Assembly (NCBI RefSeq): GCF_006345805.1 | Contig: NC_042997.1 | Location: 122,760,001 to 122,824,000 of the forward strand | DNA length: 64,000 nt | Source of the DNA: Octopus sinensis | Lineage: Eukaryota | Direction: 5' to 3' | Shown: piece after piece, positions 54,828-64,000 of the stretch | How positions within the stretch are numbered: position 1 is the stretch's first letter | Layout of the letters: each line of letters starts with the position of its first letter | Made by a program: the position numbers and the translations under genes | Notes under the pieces: model-generated | What the model was told of the DNA's origin: nothing | Seen by the model: the letters and a program-made list of their open reading frames with translations, nothing else | Database searches by the model: none

Positions 54828-57459
54828 TCACCGAGGGGGTAGCACACGTAATTTAAAAGACGAGATGTGATTTCTAACTCTGGCTAGAAAATTAATTGTA
54901 CATCCAACGTAAAGATATTTGTTATTCTCCGTGGATATGGTACATTTATAGATTACATTATTTTCCCCACATAGACCAGGTGCCGGGCATTTTGATTTTA
55001 TTCTACACTTACACACAGGAGGAGCAACTTCAGGCTTTGGATTATTCTTGGGTAGATGTCTTAGGTTCCTATTATTTTGATTATCATTTCTATAGTTGGT
55101 GCTGATATCTAAAGTATTGCTATTATTATTGATCCTTCAGCTTCATCATTTAGGTTTAAAGTCCTACCATGATTTCTATTTATTGGTAATGTTACTATTA
55201 TTGTTAGTCTTTTTATCCGACTGCATATTGCTGTTATAAATATCACTGATATTTTCATTCTCCTTATTTTCTCCATTAGCCTTATATCTATTATTTCTAT
55301 TATTAACATTATTACTTCTATTAATATCGGCATTGTTATTATTACTATTACTATTAATATCGGCATTGTTATTATTACTATTAATGTTAATGTTATTAGT
55401 CATTCTGTGGTTACTAATTTCACCTATGTTTTGATAGTTACTATTGTTGTTTTTATTGTTGGTAGTATTATTATAATTGCTATTGGTATTCATGCTGATA
55501 TTATTATTTTTATTTCTATCTTCCTGGCTAGTTTAATGTTTTATTATTATCTTAGCTATTAAAGTGGACATATTTGGGAGGGTTGAATAAGAAATCCTAA
55601 CTGTTTTCCTAGATATAATTCTATGATATCTATGAGAGATAGGGAAATTTTTTTTCCAGATTACTTGAATTTGTTTCTGTATATCGATTGTATCGCACAT
55701 TGAAAGGGATATTCAGCCATAATATATCTTTTTTATTAAATTTAGGGTTCGTGAATTACTACTATTCATCTCACCGGAGTTATTGTATTTATTACCATTA
55801 TTTTTATTTTTATTTTGTGTGCATCTTAGGTTTATCTACTTCAATATATCCGAGTTACCTATGTTCTGGTCAATGCTTCTATTTGAATTGTTGGGCCTGT
55901 ACGCTAGATTAGCGTTTACCATTAATTTATTCTACTTTTATTTCGGGCTTGGTTTTGTATTGCTGCTTATGTGATTACTGATAACTTCATTATTAGGAAT
56001 ACGTGAGTCCCCTTATCAACGAATGTAATCTTTGGTTGTATCCAGCCTTAGTTAACGCCTCATTATAATGCTCAGAATGGGAGTTTAATATATCCTTATT
56101 GGATGATAATTTTGAAATTCTTAATGAAATTTCTACTAAAGATTCTATTATATTTGGGGGATGATTTGATAATTTATTTACGTAATTCGTGATTTCGTTC
56201 GATCTTCGCCTTCTTTCTAAATGGGTAATCTAGCTTGGAGTTAAGGTCTAGCGTAATATCTAGGAAGTTAACTATTTTAGTGCCCCGTTCATACGTTATA
56301 CCGAGGTTGAAATCCTTAAAGAACTTATTATTTTTCTTTCTAATCCTTTCTATAACAGATTTATATTACTAGGGATAACAAACAGAGCATCATCCCTATA
56401 TAGACCCCCCTGTATTTCTGGTATATCTTGCTTAGGCATTTTAATAGATATGCGCCCACTAGGTCGGTTACCTCAGCCGACTCACTGGAACCCATTGGTA
56501 TATCAAAAAATTAGGTGTATCTGCTCTAGTCCATAATTTATCTTCAAATTCTATAAATGTCTTCCTAGCTAGTAGCACAATATTGATTTCTCTCTCTAGA
56601 TATGAGGGAGCGATTCATGGCAAATATTAGTGATTTGTTGAGTAAGATAGGGGAAATACTTGAGTAATAAATATTAATATCGAACTGAATAAAGGACAAC
56701 TACTAGTATTAGTTAGAGAGTTAAACCATTTAGAACTTCATCCGTACTTAGCCATAGGTTTAAGGGAGAAGAGGGGTTATTTGGGGTAGAACACTATCCA
56801 GGATAGATTTACTAAGTCGGCCAATGTCCGACTTAGTTGGACAGATCAGCCTTACCGAAGGGTTTTCCAAGAAGTTCTTTTTGTGGTCTTTAAGGTTGAT
56901 CCTGGGCTCACACGGTTTAAGTGGCTCCGTTCTATCCGTTAAATTTAGTTTCTCCATGATCTCTTTCATTTCCATGTTTACTTTTTTCAAGTTGTTCTTA
57001 GTCGTAATTTTATATTTGGAGTTTAGTTCCTTCCTAATTAATTTGCTATAAATATCGTAATCAACTCTATACATATTACCCGTTTTATCTGCTGGTACTA
57101 GGATTCCATGTTTGCACCGGGTTGACTGAATAAAGTTCCTAAGGTGTCTAAGGTGAGGGTTATATCTTAACGGGTGTTCTTGAAGCTAATATCATCTATA
57201 AGATTCAGCAAGTCTTTCTCAAAATTCTCCAGGAATGGGTTCTGAGGTGGGCCTTTTCTACTTTTAAAAATTCTTCTAAAATTCTTTTCGGTGTTCTTTT
57301 CCTGTGGTTTCTTCTTCTTCTGTTTGACATCAAAATGATACGTTTTCACCTGATTCTTCTAATGAAATCGTTAATCCTATGAATGAGAAGCCAATTATAT
57401 TCATCTATACTATGTAAGGGGATGTCTTTAGGGGAGAACTCAATGTTTACCTTTTCCAT
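54828..57459 (-). pseudogene. Penelope RT-GIY-YIG ORF, frameshifted and C-terminally truncated
   Basis: MEKVNIEFSPKDIP; NLKDHKKNF..PSVRLICPTKSDIGRLSK; FIQFDI; DIPMGS; GGLYRDD (YRDD 56389-56400); VNFLDITLDL; CKCRIKSKCPAPGLC..NVIYKC..YVGCT. Confidence 0.92.
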
Positions 57460-57741
57460 TCTTGTTGAGAAATTAAGTACCAGAAAAACATACAGACTGT
57501 ATGGGAATATATTCAAAAAGCAATAAAGATTCAAGTTAATTTAAATGAATTTACTTGAATATGGTACCTAACTTAGATGCACCACAAAAAAAAAAACTAT
57601 ACTGTTTTAACAATATAGTAATGTGGGGTGATTATAAGCGAGAAAGACGCAACAAGAATGGATAGGTTTTTAGTACAATCGTTTCATACAAGGACAGGCT
57701 TTATTAAAAGTTGTAAAAATTACAGCATATAAACGTGTCCC

Positions 57742-59159
57742 ACGCTGCTTAATTGAGGCTTTATTTAATTTCAAACTCATAATTTTTAAATTCTTAATTT
57801 TAAATCTTAATTGTAATTTTTAATTTTAATTCCTAACTTAATCTAATTTAAGTAGCATAACTCTAATAAAATAAAATGAGATACTATAGCCCCATAATTC
57901 TATTTCAAATTAAATAAATAAGGCTACCCCCTCGGTGATAATATGATTATCTTCATTATGATAGACAATCCCCTAACACCTGTAAATGATCTTCTAAGAT
58001 TTGACCTGTAGTCCGTCAATGTATGAATAATAACGGCAACTCCTTAAGACATAAAATGAATAAATTAAATAAGTAAGTTTTATTGACTTTTTGATAAGAT
58101 TATACTTAGATTTCCTAATGTATTTTCTTTTGATTTTAGCATCTGACCCCTAAACCCCTGACTGTGTTTCTCTTTAGATTCTCTTTAAATTCATAGCTGA
58201 TTTCACAGCAATAAATTAGCTGTTTTACTGGTCAAGAATAATATTCTCCTCTAGTTCCTAGATGCCTGTAAATTAAAACCAGACTTGCCGTCTACTAATC
58301 GTCTGTATAACTAGAACCCTCTTTTTATTTTTATTTTTTCCTTCTTTCCATATTTTCTTTCTCTTTTTTCTCTTTTTCTGTTTCTTCTTCTTTTTCTTTT
58401 TCCTTTTCTCTCTCTTTTAGTCCCCTTCCCTCCCCCTTTTTTTTTGCTCCCTCCTCCTTTATTTCTCTCTTTTCTTCTATTCCCTTCCCTTCCTTAGTCT
58501 GGCCCTCTAGAACGCCCTTCAGCCTTTAAAAGTTAAATAGCTACAGCCTCTTGTAAATAGCAGTAATGTGATTAATGTGGCAAATACCTAATCATTAACA
58601 AGTTTTGATACCTACCTCATTGTGTTCAACCATTGATAAATTTATCGCCTGTGAATATGAAATTCCGCTTCATTTCTCTGGAAAACTTACATCTACACCA
58701 TTGGAAATTGTGCATCTATACAAAGGATTAATTCACCCTCTCTGTAATGCTAATAAGCAGGAATTGAGACCCACCTCGTTGTGATTAACATGGATAAATT
58801 TGTCTTCTGTGAGTATGTAATCCCCATCATATCTCTGGAAATTCATATGTGCTCTATGGATTAGGTCACCTTCTCTGTGATGCTATTAGAACTTTTTTAA
58901 AATTCTGTGATAAGACTGTACATCATCTTTAAAGAACTTTAATGAACTTTGGAAATCTGTTTATGTTACTTAATTATCTACATTACTTCATGAGTATAGC
59001 CTCAACCACTAGGATGTCTAGAGAACTCACATGTATTTTAGCTGATGAGTACGGGACACGTTTATATGCTGGAATTTTTACAACTTTTAATAAAGCCTGT
59101 CCTTGTATGAAACGATTGTACTAAAAACCTATCCATTCTTGTTGCTTCTTTCTCGCGTA
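57742..59159 (+). mobile_element. inverted 3'-UTR/pseudo-LTR copy at the 5' side of the Penelope element
   Basis: 57923-58013 mirrors 54752-54843; 58762-59159 mirrors 54374-54750; ~750 bp between them is absent from the left copy. Confidence 0.85.
59036..59126 (+). ncRNA. mirror copy of HHR-C, predicted cut after 59120
   Basis: Same core and stems as 54404-54494; one substitution in the distal hairpin. Confidence 0.8.
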
Positions 59160-59282
59160 TATATATATATATTTGACTATTTATTAAATTTTATGTATTG
59201 ATTAAGTCTTTCCTTGTTTGTTTTGCAAAATAGTGGTTTTGTCTCAAATAATATTTTATATATATACATATATATATATGTA

Positions 59283-60197
59283 GGTCCCGGTTTGATTCGG
59301 GGTTAACCACAGTAAATAAGGTACTCAATACATAGCAGAGTAAAATTAATTTATTATATAGAAGGAGCTTCTACAGGACTAGAACTGTTTCATTCAAGAG
59401 AAATCTTCAGGAAGCTAGTTAACAGAATTGTATTGGCATTTTACATTTAGGCACAGTTTAAAGGGGTGGTGGTGGGGGACATTTTGGGGGTAGACATAGC
59501 GCAAAAAAATCATACTTGGGGGAGTGGTCAAGGAGTCAGTGGTAAATTAGATAGAAGAATAATAAAAGAATAAAAAGAAGAGAGAATAAAAAAATATATA
59601 GAGAATAGAGTTTTAGGTAATAAGGGAATTCTCACGTTATACCTATAACACACCTATCACTATTTATATATACACACACACACACATATACATACACACA
59701 TACATACACACACACCCATATATATATATATATACACACATACATATACATACATATATCTACATATATATATATATATATATATATAGATATATATATC
59801 TATACATACCCAATTACATGCATATACATATACACACACACATGTATATATACACCACACGACCACACTACACATACACACATACACACACAAATCCACA
59901 TACACAATGCACACACAACACACAAGTCCCTATATACTCATATATACATATACACATATATGTATAATATACATATATATACATATACATATCATACATA
60001 TGTGTACCTATTCATACCTACACATACACACATATACCTACAAATACAAACCCATTCCCTAATTTTAATTTTATTATCTTCATTTATTACTTTTGTTATC
60101 TTTGACCGCTGGTCACAAGCATCTTGGCTACGACAGCTAGTCCCTTTTATCTTTCTACTTGAGCACAAGCACTCACTCACGCACGCACACTCATTAG
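59283..60197. repeat. right copy of segment B (inverted)
   Basis: Reverse complement of 53385-54335. Confidence 0.95.
59366..59416 (-). ncRNA. mirror copy of HHR-B, predicted cut between 59372 and 59371
   Basis: Identical reverse complement of 54201-54251. Confidence 0.75.
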
Positions 60198-60440
60198 CAC
60201 GCACACACACACATTCGTACACTCATACACATACACGCACGCACGCGTTATATTCATACATACTTACATCTACATACATACACGTATATACACATACGTA
60301 CGCGTACCTACAGATTCATGTCTACAATCTTAGAAGACTAGTCTATACGTATACACCAATAAATATATATACACACATACATATACGCCTACATACAAAT
60401 ACATACACACATATATATACACATATATATATATACACAT

Positions 60441-60475
<35 letters not shown>

Positions 60476-60627
60476 CATATCCGCATACATACATACACCC
60501 ATACATACATACATATATACACACATACACACACCCACACGTATACATATACATACATATACGCGCATGCATACACATACAAATACATACACATACACAT
60601 ATACATATACATACATACATATATATA

Positions 60628-61175
60628 CGAAGCTACACAAAGAAGATAGCCTCTATGCAGAATGTAAGCTACTGGGAAAGACTCAAGAGATTAAAATTAT
60701 ATTCTCTGGAGCGTAGGCGGGAAAGATATGCCATAATATACATCTGGAAGATCCTGGAGGGAAGTGTCCTGAACTTTGGCATCGAGAGTTACGCAAATGC
60801 CAGAACTGGGCGCCACTGCGTGGTGCCTAGGACTCCAAACCTGCCATCAAGATGTAGGACAAGATTCTGTGATAGCCTGGGCTTCCGAGGCCCACAGCTC
60901 TTCAATATCCTCCCGAAGAACCTGAGAGACCTGCATGGGGTGGATACAGATGTCTTTAAAATGAAGCTGGATCTCTTCCTGTCGGGTGTCCCGGATGAAC
61001 CAACTTCACGGCAGGAGGGGCAGATGAGGGCAGCTGCATCGAACTCTCTCATGCACCAAATAGCAGTTGCTAGAAAGCCTCCATGAAGTGAAACCAAGTA
61101 GCAACACCAAATGGCGGTGCCCCAGCATGGCCACAGCTCATAAGCTGAAACTAGAATCAATCAATCAATCAATCA

Positions 61176-61178
<3 letters not shown>
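60628..61178 (+). mobile_element. third CR1-type 3' fragment with (TCAA)n tail
   Basis: ORF 60655-61086 SYWERLKRLKLYSLERRRERY...; 3' motif ggcggtgccccagcatggccacagc. Confidence 0.92.
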
Positions 61179-61179
<1 letters not shown>

Positions 61180-61210
<31 letters not shown>

Positions 61211-61891
61211 GCACACATACATACATATACATACATACATATACATATATACACACACACATACATACACATATACACATACACGCACATACACATATAC
61301 ATGCGTACCCATACACACACACACACGCGCGCATCCATATATACACGTAAGTGCAGACATGCGTACAAGTATACATATATATATGCTTACACATACACAC
61401 ACACACGCCACTCCTTATGTTCATACTTACATGCATACTCAAAAAATAAGTAATAAAATATATATACGTGCACTTATTCATACATGCATACTCAAAAAAT
61501 AAATAATAAATAATAAATAATAAATATTAAGTATATATACGTGCAGTTACCTATTATACAGACGGATACATACATATAAACTTACACACACACACACCTA
61601 TATATATATATATATATAATATATATATTATATATATACACACATACTTACAGATATGTACATATACATACACACATACATAACTCTACGTACCTACATA
61701 TACATAAACACACGAGCGTACACGCATATGTACATATACACATACACATACACACACATATATATACATACATATACATACACGCATATACACATATATA
61801 TATATATATACCTATATATATATATATATATATATACATATACACACATACACACATACATACATACATATACATACACACACATACACAT

Positions 61892-61936
<45 letters not shown>

Positions 61937-62282
61937 CACATATACATATATATACATATACACATACATACATACACATACATATACATATACACACATA
62001 CACACACATATACATATATACACATACACACATACATATACATACACACATACATACACATATATATACACATATATATATATATATATATACACATACA
62101 TGTGTGCAAACATACATACATACTCATACACACTCACACACTTACATATACATATATACACACACTTACACACACATATATATATATATATATACATACA
62201 TACATATATATATATATATAAATATATATACACACATATATATATACACACATACACATATGTACACATACATACACATATT

Positions 62283-62324
<42 letters not shown>

Positions 62325-62345
62325 TATATACACATATACACACAC

Positions 62346-62376
<31 letters not shown>

Positions 62377-62875
62377 TATATATATACCCACACCTACACA
62401 TACACACATATATACATATATACATACATATACACACATACACACACACACATATATGTACATACATACACATACACATACATATACATATACATATACA
62501 ATATACACATGCATATACGTAAACGCTACCTCCCACATATACATATATATATATATATATACACAACACATATATATACATATATATATGTATATATACA
62601 CACACATATTATACCCATCTACAATCTGTATATACACACACATACATGCACATACACATTAACTCTACATACCTACATATACATCGACATACTCGCGTAC
62701 ACTCATATATATATATATATATATAATACACATACACATACATATACATATTATATATATATATATGATATATAAATAAATTATATATATATACACACGC
62801 ACATACATATACATATATATATACCACACACACACATACACATACATATATATATATATATATAATATATATATA

Positions 62876-62909
<34 letters not shown>

Positions 62910-62910
62910 C
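61180..62910. repeat. long compound (CA/TA) microsatellite field
   Basis: Direct reading. Confidence 0.95.
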
Positions 62911-63014
62911 AACAATTGAGGGTAAAGTTAATTAGTTATTAATCAATTTCACCAGTATTCAGTATGTAAAAGGACCATTATTTTTTTTGAGTAAAACATT
63001 GTCTGAGAGAAATT

Positions 63015-63110
63015 TTCTTTAGGTAGTGGAAAAGGCTAAAAAAAACTTATTTGGCTGCTATTTCTAGAAAGTTCAGTATGTGGCAAAGTAATTTATTTAC
63101 TAGGCCCTAA
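63015..63110. mobile_element. half copy of the MITE family seen at 999-1189
   Basis: ggctgctatttctagaaagttcagtatgtgg versus gactgctatttctaaaattcggtatgtgg. Confidence 0.6.
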
Positions 63111-63349
63111 TTATATAATATTTTATATATACATACATACATACACACATACATATCACATACAATGCATACACACATATATACATATATACATATATAC
63201 ACACACACCACACATACTATATATATATTTCTTTACATACATACACACACACACACACATAATACATGCGTATATTCCTACTATACCCATACAGTTTCTA
63301 TACATATATACGATACACATATACAAGCGTGCACATACATATGTGAAAT

Positions 63350-64000
63350 GTCTTAGGAGAAAAGGTAGTCGGGGGTGCTAGGGGAACGGTGGATTGTGGG
63401 GGTTTTGTGGGTGGGGTGTCATCAATCTGGTTGCCGGGTAGGTCTATAGTTCTTGTAGTTTGCATAATTCTTATGCATGCAATTTGGGGAGTGTTCTGAG
63501 ATCTTGTTAAGGAGAGGGCCTTTGGCGAACAAGATCTCTAGGCTCTCCGAAATGCGAAGGTCACAGCAGGTATGGCCTCCTGTGTACGAACGCGCCTTCT
63601 GTAGTAGTTTCCATTTGGTCTTGAAGGGGATGGAGTTCCTTTTAAGGTACCAGATGTGGGCGGCGAGGGTAGTTTGGTTGGATTTATCCGGTCGCCGGAA
63701 CGAGTGTTTGTGTGCGTACCAACGGGTCTCGGAAAAAGTAGGTATGTTAAGTTTTTTCACATTGTTGTTGGCTAGGTTCCTGGCTAGATTGGGCGTGGTA
63801 GAGTAGGAGAGTCTAATAGTGTTCTTATTTAGGATAGTGTAGTACTTATGTTGGGTGGGAAGTTGTTTCTGTAGGAGAGTGAAGAAGATTTTAGCTATAG
63901 GTGTAGCGACCCTCATTGTTGAAGGGGGTTGTACCAGCTAATGTGTCTTCGTCTATTTTCCTGGGTTGGCGTGGGGGCTATACTAGTATAGGTAATCTTA
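63350..64000 (-). mobile_element. Penelope-like element 3' part, running off the window
   Basis: RRHISWYNP, IRLSYSTTPN, RWYAHKHSF, TLAAHIWYLK, CCDL..SESLEIL, LNKISE..NCMHKN; C-rich 3' UTR. Confidence 0.88.

Larger units (their letters stand above)
54374..57741 (-). mobile_element. Penelope-like retroelement (endonuclease-bearing) with pseudo-LTR pieces at both ends
   Basis: RT and GIY-YIG remnants; 57637-57741 is a direct repeat of ~54376-54478; hammerhead in the terminal repeat. Confidence 0.9.

Noticed and set aside
57346-57348. In-frame TGA in the Penelope ORF as possible selenocysteine or readthrough
   Set aside because: It falls at the conserved Trp of the RW motif, and the ORF has many other lesions

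Overview
AT-rich, microsatellite-dense animal DNA, most likely Octopus (inferred from the SINE/MITE families and repeat content, not checked against a database). I found no host gene I can support. Almost all ORF-track entries are microsatellite read-throughs. The window is a mosaic of mobile elements: a 5'-truncated Tx1/L1-clade LINE sitting in a (GATA)n tract, three CR1-type 3' fragments, an RTE fragment, a mariner, a hAT-like transposase remnant, several MITEs, three tRNA-derived SINE families and at least three Penelope-like (PLE) remnants. Main discoveries: (1) a ~7-kb quasi-palindrome (53264-60197) around a Penelope ORF whose arms carry four hammerhead-ribozyme folds, two per strand, so a transcript of either polarity could be cut out as a ~4.9-kb RNA; five more intact or decayed hammerhead candidates lie elsewhere; (2) a 358-bp x4 tandem array with an inverted terminal copy inserted in (TA)n; (3) a SINE family whose 3' tail matches the 3' end of the Tx1 LINE. 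All folds and alignments were done by eye and need computational and experimental confirmation.
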